From positions 2,880,001-2,944,000 of the forward strand of contig OZ241362.1 in assembly GCA_965200315.1 (NCBI GenBank): DNA of 64,000 bases. The letters are read 5' to 3'. Source of the stretch: Candidatus Latescibacterota bacterium. GTDB lineage: Bacteria > Latescibacterota > UBA2968 > UBA8231. Shown here in pieces: positions 10,692 through 19,838 of this stretch (positions are counted from its first letter, which is position 1; each line of letters opens with the position of its first letter). The position numbers were made by a program, and so were the translations under genes. Below the pieces are notes generated by a model. That model was not told where the DNA came from. It made no database searches and saw only the letters and a list, made by a program, of their open reading frames with translations.

Positions 10692-11096
10692 TCACTCGGC
10701 GACGCATCGCCCATCCCTATACGCCAAAACCGGCTCGTTGGGCACTGAGCACTCCGAAATATACCCATAGCGCTCATTCATCTCAGCTTCAAAGGCGTTA
10801 TACGCTGTTAGCTGCTCGGCTGGTGCTGTAGAATCGGTGGACGAGGCGGAGTAAATTACAAACTCCCAAGGACCGCCGCAGGGCTTGGAGCCCAAGCCCG
10901 AGTAGCGACAGTCCTCAATTGACGATCCCACAGCATCGCCGACGAGCGCGTCGATTTCCCGCCGCATCTCCGCTAGCTGTGCCCGGTCGCCTTCCTCGGT
11001 TTGCTGGCCGTCAGTGGCATCTCCTGCGACAGGACCCGAGCCGCCACAAGCAAGGAGGGAAACGGCGATCAATGCTGCCGCAACCAAGTATCGCAT
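10692..11096 (-). CDS. Small Cys-containing lipoprotein
   Basis: Lipobox LLAC; GSKPCGGPWEF..YS and ISEC..GRC cysteine pattern; start moved to MRYLV. Confidence 0.75.
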   Translation of the reverse strand: MRYLVAAALIAVSLLACGGSGPVAGDATDGQQTEEGDRAQLAEMRREIDALVGDAVGSSIEDCRYSGLGSKPCGGPWEFVIYSASSTDSTAPAEQLTAYNAFEAEMNERYGYISECSVPNEPVLAYRDGRCVAE

Positions 11097-11129
11097 GGTC
11101 TTCCTCTCCGTTAAAACTGTGCAGGGCAC

Positions 11130-12095
11130 CTAACTTGCGGAACGGTTCCCCCACCGCGTCGCGATAACTGCATCCATGAAAATCTGCCCTAGGTGAAACA
11201 CAATACAAGGTATTGCTATCAATCCCTTCTGTTCGGGCGACACCACTGAATCCGGCAAAAATGCCAGCACGGTCATCGCCACCGGCAAGGTCTTCTGGCT
11301 CGCCATCAGCACGACGGCCTTGCGCCCCGCCGCTTCGAGCTGTAAAAGCGCGCAAGCACCGCCGTTGAGCAGCAGGTAGAGCGCGTGGATTGCCAATCCA
11401 GAAACCACCAGAATCAACAAGCTCGCAGGTTCTATCTGGGCTAGCCGCCCGGAAGACTCGCTGAATTTCATCCACGGAATCGAGATCAGCGCCGCGTTGC
11501 TGGCCAAAGTCAGCCGCGAGCGCTGGGCATCGATCCAATCGACGGCGAAGCGCCGCAGATACTTGCCGACGCCCAAGGGCAGCAAGATCGAAAGACAAAG
11601 TTTGGCGAACAGCTCGCTAGCCGAAAACTCGACTTGGCCTAGGGAACTCAGCAGATGCGCCAACACGAAGGGCACCGTGAAGATGCCGGCGATATTGGTC
11701 AGCACTGTCAAAAGCAGGGCGAGCGCTACGTTGCCTCGGGCCTGCGCCGTCAGTGCCACGCCCGAGGTCAGGGTCGTCGGCATGCAGCAGAACAGGGCCA
11801 GACCGAATTGGAAGGCGGGCTCCATCGGGAGTTGGAATGCAATCGCCGCACCGAGAAAAGGCGTGACGAAGAGAATCGAAACACATCCCCAAGACGTCGC
11901 CTTCCACGCGGCGAGGGCGGCGTGGACTTCGTCGGTCTTTAGCATCAGCCCCGAAAGAAAAAAAATAAAGCTGACGGCGATGTACTGAGTGGGCAACTCG
12001 GCCATGTACCTGCCCGGCGTCGGGAAGAAGGAGCCGACCACGGCCGCGATTACTAGACCGATGGGAAGGAATTGTCGCAGTAGGAAACCTAGCAT
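11130..12095 (-). CDS. Bile acid:sodium symporter family (SBF_like/BASS4-like) transporter
   Basis: IFFLSGL, PTTLTSGVALT..A.GN, SQKTLPVA. Confidence 0.88.
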   Translation of the reverse strand: MLGFLLRQFLPIGLVIAAVVGSFFPTPGRYMAELPTQYIAVSFIFFLSGLMLKTDEVHAALAAWKATSWGCVSILFVTPFLGAAIAFQLPMEPAFQFGLALFCCMPTTLTSGVALTAQARGNVALALLLTVLTNIAGIFTVPFVLAHLLSSLGQVEFSASELFAKLCLSILLPLGVGKYLRRFAVDWIDAQRSRLTLASNAALISIPWMKFSESSGRLAQIEPASLLILVVSGLAIHALYLLLNGGACALLQLEAAGRKAVVLMASQKTLPVAMTVLAFLPDSVVSPEQKGLIAIPCIVFHLGQIFMDAVIATRWGNRSAS

Positions 12096-12107
12096 GATTT
12101 TCGTTGT

Positions 12108-12137
12108 AAAAAAGGGCCGGACGATGTCGTCCGACCC
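12108..12137 (-). terminator. Rho-independent terminator after the gap-mntR unit
   Basis: Minus strand GGGTCGGACGA-CA-TCGTCCGGCCC followed by TTTTTT. Confidence 0.7.
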
Positions 12138-12221
12138 AATCCGAGCAGCTTGGCGATCTGGCCCTTACTCACTTGCTGCTAGCGCAACTGTGGGGAAGCC
12201 GTAGATGTCCTCGCAGAAGTT

Positions 12222-12707
12222 TCACGCTTCCACGTCGCTATTGCTATACTCTAGGGCACCTTCGCGGAACATCTGGAGAAATCCGTTGGCCGCCGGTTCT
12301 TCCGAAAACAACACGCGCAAAAAACGCACCAACCGCATCCGCGCTTCCGTGCTGATTAGGTGCTCAACCTTACAGGCGTCGATCATTGCGTCGTCCTCGT
12401 CCATGCCGAGGGCGTCTCTGAGGAACCGCTGCACGACCAAGCGCGTTTCCTCAACCTCCTGCACTACTTTCAAGCCCTGTTCGGTAAGTTCGAGAAAGCG
12501 GTTGAGGTCCTCTTGCACATAGCCGCGTTCCTTGAGGTGCTTCATGGCCGTCGAGACGCTGCCTTTGGTGATGCTCAGGTGCTTGGCAATATCCGAGACG
12601 CGGGCGTAGCCATGCACCTCGCGCAACTCGTGGATCGCCATCAGGTGATGCGCGGCACTGTGGCTTAGTTCGTTTTCTTCGTAGGCTCTCCAGACCTCCT
12701 CAAACAT
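12222..12707 (-). CDS. mntR: DtxR/MntR family metal-dependent repressor (possible UGA read-through to 12165)
   Basis: ARVSDIAKHL..TKGSVS HTH, LTEQG, DACKVEHLIS. Confidence 0.88.
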   Translation of the reverse strand: MFEEVWRAYEENELSHSAAHHLMAIHELREVHGYARVSDIAKHLSITKGSVSTAMKHLKERGYVQEDLNRFLELTEQGLKVVQEVEETRLVVQRFLRDALGMDEDDAMIDACKVEHLISTEARMRLVRFLRVLFSEEPAANGFLQMFREGALEYSNSDVEA

Positions 12708-12755
12708 GCGTTCCGCCTTTCTGCCTCCGCTTAAGTCGCAGGGCCTCGTATTGAG

Positions 12756-13754
12756 TCATTGGCCGAGCTTTTGTAGCAAATCCACACAGCGATTGGAGTA
12801 GCCCCATTCGTTGTCGTACCATCCGAGGATCTTGACCATATTTCCTCCGAGAACATTCGTCGATAGCGCGTCGAAAACACACGAGTGCGGGTTGCCTACG
12901 ATGTCGGCCAAGACCAAAGGCTCCTCAGAGTACTCGAGGATGCCAGCCAGCGAGTTGGCAGCAGCAGCTTTGAACGCCGCGTTGATTTCTCCGGCATCCG
13001 CTTTGCTTTTGAGTTCAGCCGTAAGGTCGGTCAGCGAACCGTCGGGGGTTGGTACGCGGATGGCCAAGCCATCGAGCTTGCCGTCGAGCTCGGGTAGCAC
13101 CTTACCTACCGCGGCCGCGGCTCCCGTAGTTGTGGGCACCATCGATGCCGCGGCCGAGCGCGCCCGCCGCATGTCGCTGTGCGGAGCATCGAGCAGGCGT
13201 TGGTCGCCGGTGTACGAGTGGATCGTATTCATCATGCCTTTGACGACGCCGAATTTTTCGTGTAGGACTTTGACCATGGGGGCTAAACAGTTGGTCGTAC
13301 ACGAAGCATTGGAAATGATCGCATGATCGGCTTGGATGGCGTCGTCGTTGACGCCCATTACCACGGTAACGTCTTCGCCTTTGGCCGGAGCAGAAATGAC
13401 GACTTTGTTGGCCCCAGCGTCGATATGGGCACGAGCCTTGCTAGCCTCGGTGAAAAATCCCGTTGACTCCAGCACCACTTCGACCCCCAAATCGCCCCAA
13501 GAAAGGTTGGCCGGGGCGCGCTCGGCCAAGATGCGAATCGCTTGGCCATTGACGATCAAGTCGTCGCCAGCAACCTCTATCTCGCCGGCGAAGCGGCCAT
13601 GGGTGGAATCGTATTTGAGCAGATGGGCAAGTGTGTGGGCGTCGGTTAGATCGTTGATGGCTTTGATCTCGATGCCACCTTGCTCGACAGCCGCCCTGAA
13701 CACCAAGCGACCGATTCGACCAAAGCCATTAATAGCGACAGGTAATCCTCCCAT
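12756..13754 (-). CDS. gap: Glyceraldehyde-3-phosphate dehydrogenase type I
   Basis: [28 protein letters not shown]. Confidence 0.98.
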   Translation of the reverse strand: MGGLPVAINGFGRIGRLVFRAAVEQGGIEIKAINDLTDAHTLAHLLKYDSTHGRFAGEIEVAGDDLIVNGQAIRILAERAPANLSWGDLGVEVVLESTGFFTEASKARAHIDAGANKVVISAPAKGEDVTVVMGVNDDAIQADHAIISNASCTTNCLAPMVKVLHEKFGVVKGMMNTIHSYTGDQRLLDAPHSDMRRARSAAASMVPTTTGAAAAVGKVLPELDGKLDGLAIRVPTPDGSLTDLTAELKSKADAGEINAAFKAAAANSLAGILEYSEEPLVLADIVGNPHSCVFDALSTNVLGGNMVKILGWYDNEWGYSNRCVDLLQKLGQ

Positions 13755-13853
13755 TTTCCGGTGTATTCCTTCCTGTAAATAGCAGTAGATATGGGGATCT
13801 GAGAAAAGTCAACCGCTCATCCTTGCGGGCGATACGACTATCCATTAGCATCC

Positions 13854-13885
13854 GCCTGTAGCAATCCACAGAGTTTGCTACAGGC
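13854..13885. repeat. Perfect 11-bp hairpin (REP-like)
   Basis: GCCTGTAGCAA-N10-TTGCTACAGGC. Confidence 0.6.
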
Positions 13886-14104
13886 AGACACAACCTCTAT
13901 CTTTCTGTTTGCATTGCGATTCAGATGGGATCAGGCAACAAGCACGGGATCAGCAGGACATCCTGCCTCCGCTTTAGCGGGACATGCTTTTGTTCTTCGG
14001 TAAGACCTTCGTAGTACCCCATCAGCGGTCCGTCGCCAGCATTGGCGACGCAAAGAGAGTGCCAAAGCGGAAGAAGCTGGTCTGAAAGTCCCATACCGGA
14101 CGCT

Positions 14105-14228
14105 AAGCAATGCGATAATTAAGCAATAGATGTAGGGCAGTACATCTTCGGTGAAAGACCGTAAAAGCCCAAGTGAGTGGTTAAGAAGCCATTTGAAGCC
14201 CCAAGGCTTTAGGCTTGGGAGCTGTCAC
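14105..14228 (+). mobile_element. IS200/IS605 (tnpB-type) right-end remnant without ORF
   Basis: GAAGCCCCAAGGCTTTAGGCTTGGGAGCTGTCAC (14195-14228) fits the GAAGCCCC..CTTTAG..GGG..TCAC right-end hairpin pattern; left boundary uncertain. Confidence 0.6.
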
Positions 14229-14403
14229 ATTACACAGTTGCGGAAAGCGTGCAAGGCGGGCAAATCGGACTTGATTCTCAATTTTTGTTTTGCAGAAACC
14301 TAATGAATAAACTCAACCTCAGCAAGAGCACTACCGCTGTTCAAAAGGCGCGCTGGCGAGCTAGGCTGAAGGACGGGACGGACGATCAAAGAACAGAGAA
14401 GCG

Positions 14404-15816
14404 ATGCGCGAGGAAGGCATAGCCTTGGAAAAAACGCTGCTGCACATCGATGAGCAGCAGCGGGCTTATATCGAACAACTGAAATCCTTTATTCGCATCC
14501 CCAGCGTCAGTGCGGGTGCCGATGATGACACAAACGATAGCCTCGCCCAAGCGGCCGATTTCCTCGTTGGCCAATTCGACCAAATGGGGTTTGAGGTCGA
14601 GAAGATCCAAGTAAGGGCCGCTACCAACCCCTTAGTCGTCGCCCGCAGCCCCGCGTTCTCGCCGCACCAACCCACCGTCTTGATCTATGGCCACTACGAT
14701 GTACAAGGAGTGGACAATCCGCGTGCGGCTTGGGAGGTAGATCCCTTTGCCGCCGAGGAGCGGGACGGCTTCCTCATCGCCCGGGGGGCTAGCGACAATA
14801 AAGGCCCCTGCTTCGCGCATCTGAAGGCGGCCGAAGTCGTCTTAGCCAATGGGAATCAGCTTCCGTTCAATCTGGTCTTCCTGATCGAAGGCGAAGAGGA
14901 ATGCGGCAGCACTGCGTTGAGCCAGTTTGTGGCCGAGGGCGGGCTTGACGAATTTGCCCCGGTGCTCTGTACGGTAATCTCCGATACCAGCATGTACGGG
15001 CCAAACCAGCCCTCGCTAACTGTGGGCCTGCGCGGCATTGTCTATACCGAGGTCGAGGTTTTTGGGCCGGCGCAGGATGTGCATTCCGGCCTTTTCGGCG
15101 GCATTGTCCACAATCCCAATCAACTTCTCGTCAACGCTTTGTCCGGCCTCATTGACGCCGAAGGGCGCATTGCTGTGCCCGGTTTCTACGACGAAGTGCA
15201 GCCGCTTTCGGCCCGCGAAAAGAGCCTCTACGCTGCCCTCGCGGTTGATGAGGAGGCCTATTGCCGCACCTTGGGCGTAACCTCGCTGACGGGAGAGCAG
15301 GAGTACCCCATTCTCGAAAGGCGCTGGACTCGTCCCACGCTCGACATCAACCTCCTCAGCGGCGGCAGTCCGCGCACCGTCATTCCGGCTGTAGCCCGAG
15401 CTGCTGTCTCTTGCCGACTAGTGCCCGACCAGACTCCCGAGCACATCCAAGCTGCCCTCGAAGGACACATTCGCGCTCGGCTGCCCGCAAGCACCCGCGT
15501 CGAGTTCAAAAACCAACATTGCTCACCGGCTTACTTCTTGGACTTAGACCACCCACTAGTCGAACCTGCACTCGAGGCGATACGCAAGGGATTCGGGGTC
15601 GAGCCGGTGTTTACCCGCGAGGGCGGCTCCATCCCCATCGTCGTCGATTTTGCCGCTGCGACAGGGGCACCGGTCCTGCTCATCGGCCTAGGGCAAATCA
15701 CCGACAATTGGCACGGCCCCAACGAGCGCTTTTCCATGCGCGACTTTCACCGCGGCATCCGCACTTCGGCCGCCCTCTTCTGCGAGTTGGCTCGATCAGC
15801 TCAGCGCACAGCCTAG
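14404..15816 (+). CDS. M20/M25/M40 metallo-dipeptidase
   Basis: YGHYDVQ, ARGASDNKG, EGEEE, HSGLFGG, GGSIP, HGPNE. Confidence 0.92.
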   Translation: MREEGIALEKTLLHIDEQQRAYIEQLKSFIRIPSVSAGADDDTNDSLAQAADFLVGQFDQMGFEVEKIQVRAATNPLVVARSPAFSPHQPTVLIYGHYDVQGVDNPRAAWEVDPFAAEERDGFLIARGASDNKGPCFAHLKAAEVVLANGNQLPFNLVFLIEGEEECGSTALSQFVAEGGLDEFAPVLCTVISDTSMYGPNQPSLTVGLRGIVYTEVEVFGPAQDVHSGLFGGIVHNPNQLLVNALSGLIDAEGRIAVPGFYDEVQPLSAREKSLYAALAVDEEAYCRTLGVTSLTGEQEYPILERRWTRPTLDINLLSGGSPRTVIPAVARAAVSCRLVPDQTPEHIQAALEGHIRARLPASTRVEFKNQHCSPAYFLDLDHPLVEPALEAIRKGFGVEPVFTREGGSIPIVVDFAAATGAPVLLIGLGQITDNWHGPNERFSMRDFHRGIRTSAALFCELARSAQRTA

Positions 15817-15849
15817 CCCCACCACTCTGCACAAGGCAAGGAGCCATCT

Positions 15850-16665
15850 GTGTCTCTCTCCCGCGCCCAAATAACCCACTTCAAAAACCACGGCTACACT
15901 GCGGTTCCCGATTTTTTTGACTCCCGCGAAGTCCGAGCCATACAAGCCGAAGTCGAGCGCTTCAAACGCGAGGGTTTGGTCCGCAATGTCGCCACCGAGG
16001 GCGACGGCGAGACCCCCTCCACCACCAAGGTCAACCTACAGCTGATTCCCCTGTACGACAAAAGCGATCTCATCCGCGCCCTGCCCTTTGACGAAAAAGT
16101 CACCGCCGCTGTCTCACAACTCATCGGCACGCCCTTCATCCTGCATCTCGATCAGATGTTTCTCAAGCCGGCTGGGCACGGCATTGGCACGGATTGGCAC
16201 CAAGACAACGCCTATTTCAAAATAGGCGATCCCTTAAAAGGCACTGCCATGTGGGTTGCCGTTCACGACGCAACCATCGAAAATGGCACCATCCACGTCG
16301 TGCATGACTCCTTCAAGGAGGAATACCCGCACGACCGCGATCCTTACTCCGATCACCACATCCACTGCCAAGTACCCGAGGAGCGCACCGTGCCCATTGA
16401 GCTAAAGGCCGGTGGCGTCGCCTTCTTTTGCTACGGCACCGCCCACTCTACCAAGGAAAATACCACCAATCGCGAGCGCGCCGGACTTGCCTTCCACTTC
16501 CTGCACACCACCTGCGTCGATCGCGCTAATCTCATTGGCGAACGACGCGGCCAGCCCATCTTGGTGGGGCCGGAAGCCACGGGCGGCCAAGCCGAATACG
16601 GCGTACGCGTCGCTGGGACTTGGGAACGGGAAGTCGAACGAGCCCTCGAGGGAGCAACCAACTAA
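15850..16665 (+). CDS. Phytanoyl-CoA dioxygenase (PhyH) family Fe/2OG enzyme
   Basis: WHQDNAY (HxD), ENGT, distal His in TAH, R.GL. Confidence 0.9.
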   Translation: MSLSRAQITHFKNHGYTAVPDFFDSREVRAIQAEVERFKREGLVRNVATEGDGETPSTTKVNLQLIPLYDKSDLIRALPFDEKVTAAVSQLIGTPFILHLDQMFLKPAGHGIGTDWHQDNAYFKIGDPLKGTAMWVAVHDATIENGTIHVVHDSFKEEYPHDRDPYSDHHIHCQVPEERTVPIELKAGGVAFFCYGTAHSTKENTTNRERAGLAFHFLHTTCVDRANLIGERRGQPILVGPEATGGQAEYGVRVAGTWEREVERALEGATN

Positions 16666-17723
16666 TGCCGCACATCAAACCCGACGACCTGCGCCAGATC
16701 GGCTACCAGCTTTTCGAGACGGCCGGCTGCCCTCCCTCCAGCGCCCGCGCCGTGACCGACCACTTAGTCGAGTCCTCTCTCTACGGGCACGACTCGCACG
16801 GCAGCTTGCGCCTCTACGAATACATCCAACAGATCCAAGACGGCATCTTTGATCCCAAGGGCCAGCCTTCTATTGTCAGCGAAAAACCCTGCACCGTGGT
16901 CGTCGATGGCGGCGGGACCATGGGCCAGATCGGCGGGACGTTCGCTACCCAGCTAGCCATCGACAAGGCCGCCCAGTACGGGGTCGCTACCGCTACTCTG
17001 CGCAACTGCGGGCACGTTGGCCGGGTGGGAGCCTATCCGCTACAGGTCGCCCGCCAAGGGATGATTGGATTAGCCTTTTGCAACGCCGGGCACCTCGGGC
17101 GCCAGATCGCTCCTTACGGTGGGATTGACGGCAAGCTCAGCACCAACCCCATATCCTGCGCCGCGCCTCGGCGCAATGCCGACCCGCTCTTGGTGGATAT
17201 GACCACCTCGGTCTGCGCCGAGGGCAAAGTCCGCGTCGCCTATAACCGCGGAGACCAACTACCCGAGGGCCGAATCATCGACCACGATGGCAACCCCTCC
17301 ACCGACCCGCAGGCATTTGTCGGCGACCCGCCTGGCGCGATCCTGCCTTTCGGCGGCCCGGTGGCCTATAAGGGGTACTGCCTGAGTATGATAGTAGAGA
17401 TCCTAGGCGGGGCCCTCAGCGGTCAGGGCTGTGCCAACGGCGAGACCGTCATGCAGAGCAATGGGCTACACCTGACAGTGTACAACATCGAGCACTTCGT
17501 CGAAATGGACTACTACTTCGACGAACTTGAAAGCCTCATCCGCCACGTATCCACCAGCCGCGTCGATCCGCACATCGGCGAGATACTGCTGCCCGGCGAC
17601 CCCGAATACCGCACGGGACGCCAGCGCCAAGAAGAGGGCATTCCCATTGACGACACGACTTGGGGCCACATAGTCGAGGCCGCACACAGCCTCGGGCTAG
17701 ACCCTCAGACTTGGCCGCAATGA
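16665..17723 (+). CDS. Ldh_2 family (malate/sulfolactate/ureidoglycolate-type) oxidoreductase
   Basis: GHDSHG, HVGRVGAY, STNPI, DMTTS, YKGYCL; start overlaps upstream TAA. Confidence 0.9.
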   Translation: MPHIKPDDLRQIGYQLFETAGCPPSSARAVTDHLVESSLYGHDSHGSLRLYEYIQQIQDGIFDPKGQPSIVSEKPCTVVVDGGGTMGQIGGTFATQLAIDKAAQYGVATATLRNCGHVGRVGAYPLQVARQGMIGLAFCNAGHLGRQIAPYGGIDGKLSTNPISCAAPRRNADPLLVDMTTSVCAEGKVRVAYNRGDQLPEGRIIDHDGNPSTDPQAFVGDPPGAILPFGGPVAYKGYCLSMIVEILGGALSGQGCANGETVMQSNGLHLTVYNIEHFVEMDYYFDELESLIRHVSTSRVDPHIGEILLPGDPEYRTGRQRQEEGIPIDDTTWGHIVEAAHSLGLDPQTWPQ

Positions 17724-19684
17724 TGACGGCACCTCGGGAGGGGGACCGACAGCAGGCGCGGGACCTGCCGGGGATCCCTCTGCGGGGCATCCTCATCGGG
17801 GCGGTGCTGGCTCTGGTGCTCAACATCTGCGATACCTACGCGACCAATGCGATCCAAGGTTCCTACCTGACCCTCAACTTCAGCACCCCGGCCGCCCTCT
17901 TCTTATTTTTTTTCCTCGTCTTAGCCAGTGCTGCGGTCGGGCTCCTCCACCGATGGCTGGCGCTGACCCGGGCGGAACTGATCACCATCTACATCATGCT
18001 GGTGGTGGCCTGCTGCATCCCCGGCATGGGCTTCACCCAGTTTATGATCCCCTGCCTCCTTGGGTCGACTTACTACGCCACGCCCGAGAACAACTGGAAT
18101 TCTCTCTACAATCAATACATCCCCCAGTGGATGATCCCGCGCGGCGATAATGTGGCCCGCTACTTCTTTGAGGGGCTGCCCGAAGGAATCTCGATCCCAT
18201 GGGGTGCTTGGGTCGTGCCACTGAGCCTGTGGTTCGGCTTCTTTCTCGCCCTCGCCTTCGCGATGATCTGCGCGATGGTCATTATGCGCAAACAGTGGGT
18301 CGACAACGAGAAGCTCAGCTACGCGCTGGTGCAAGTGCCGATGGAGATGATGCGGCAGGAGGGCAGCGGCACCGTGGGCCGCTCGTTCTTCACCAACAAG
18401 ACCATGTGGCTGGGCTTTGCCGTCTCCTTCCTGCTGTTGAGCGTCAACGGCATGCACTCCTACTTCCCAGAATTTCCCCGCTTCGAGCGCACCGTGGGTG
18501 TGCCCCTGTTCGGCAACACTTGGCTCAGCTTCTGGTTCAGCCCGCCTTGGACCGGGTTCTTCTATTTTGTCAACCTCGACATCTCGGCCTCGATATGGGT
18601 TTTCTACGTCCTCGTCAGGCTACAGCGGGGCATCTTCAACACGCTCGGCGTACAGAGCACGCAGCGGATCGACTTCTACTCCGAAGATCCCTTCCTAGCC
18701 CACCAAGGTCTCGGGGCGATGATCGCCTTCGTCGTCGTCGGGCTGTGGGTGGCGCGCCGACACCTGCGCGATGTGGTGGTGAAGGCCGTCGTCGGGCTGC
18801 GGGCGATCGATGACAACGGCGAGATCCTCTCCTACCGGCTGGCGTTTTTCGGGCTGCTCGCCGGCCTGCTAACCGTCGCCATCTGGCTGTCGACGATCGG
18901 CCTGACCTTCCCAGTGGCGCTGCTGTTCGTCTTTGGTGCCATGATCCTGTTCATGGCGCTGACGCGGGTGGTCGCCGAAGGCGGCATCCCGGCCATGCGT
19001 CCGCCCCTGATGACCTCGACCTTCGTAATCTCCGCGGTCGGCACCTCCTCCATCGGCACCCAAGGCTTGGTGGCGCTCGGCTTCTCCTATGGCTGGCACG
19101 CCGAGGTCCGCTCCTTTGTGATGGCCTCGGTCGCCAACGGGCTGAAGATGAGCGAAATGATCCGCGGCCAGAAGCGCCGGCTGTTCTGGGCTATTGTCTT
19201 GGCCATCTTGGTCAGCCTAGCGGGTTCCTCCTACGTTACCCTAGTCATGGCGTACGAGCACGGCGGCATCAACCTCAATCCCCTGTTCTTCTCCTGGCAG
19301 TCCACCCACTTCGGACCCATGGACATGACCCCGCGCATCGCCGCCGAACCCGAAGGCCCGCGCTGGGACGCCTATCAGTTCATGGGCATCGGGGCGGGCG
19401 TGATGGCAGCGCTCATGTGGGCGCGCCACCATTTTCTGTGGTGGCCCCTCAACCCGCTCGGGTTCACGATCGCCGCCAATTGGAAGACGGGCCACATCTT
19501 CTGCAGCGCCCTGCTGGCCTGGTTTCTGAAGCTGGTGATCCTGCGCTACGGTGGTGTGCGCCTCTACCGCAACCTGCGGCCCTTCTTCTTGGGCCTGATC
19601 CTAGGCGAAATCGTCGGGGCGGGGGTATTCTTGGTGATCGACTACGCCACCGGCACCACGGGCAGCTTCCTGACCCAGATATGA
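17720..19684 (+). CDS. Large polytopic membrane protein (DUF6785/DUF6784, OPT-like transporter)
   Basis: RKQWVDNEKLSY, RVVAEGG, WWPLNPLG, RYGG..LYR.LRPFFLGLILGE; many TM segments. Confidence 0.75.
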   Translation: MMTAPREGDRQQARDLPGIPLRGILIGAVLALVLNICDTYATNAIQGSYLTLNFSTPAALFLFFFLVLASAAVGLLHRWLALTRAELITIYIMLVVACCIPGMGFTQFMIPCLLGSTYYATPENNWNSLYNQYIPQWMIPRGDNVARYFFEGLPEGISIPWGAWVVPLSLWFGFFLALAFAMICAMVIMRKQWVDNEKLSYALVQVPMEMMRQEGSGTVGRSFFTNKTMWLGFAVSFLLLSVNGMHSYFPEFPRFERTVGVPLFGNTWLSFWFSPPWTGFFYFVNLDISASIWVFYVLVRLQRGIFNTLGVQSTQRIDFYSEDPFLAHQGLGAMIAFVVVGLWVARRHLRDVVVKAVVGLRAIDDNGEILSYRLAFFGLLAGLLTVAIWLSTIGLTFPVALLFVFGAMILFMALTRVVAEGGIPAMRPPLMTSTFVISAVGTSSIGTQGLVALGFSYGWHAEVRSFVMASVANGLKMSEMIRGQKRRLFWAIVLAILVSLAGSSYVTLVMAYEHGGINLNPLFFSWQSTHFGPMDMTPRIAAEPEGPRWDAYQFMGIGAGVMAALMWARHHFLWWPLNPLGFTIAANWKTGHIFCSALLAWFLKLVILRYGGVRLYRNLRPFFLGLILGEIVGAGVFLVIDYATGTTGSFLTQI

Positions 19685-19838
19685 AGGGGTCGAGCCTCGG
19701 CCAAGCAGCGCAGGGCGACCAAGAACAGGACGATGGGAAGCGCCCCACGGCGTTTTGCCTGTGGGAGATATTGAGCTATGGTTGCCGCCGGCGCAGATGG
19801 TCGGCAGGGTGGCCCGCAATACAGAAAGGGAACTGAAG

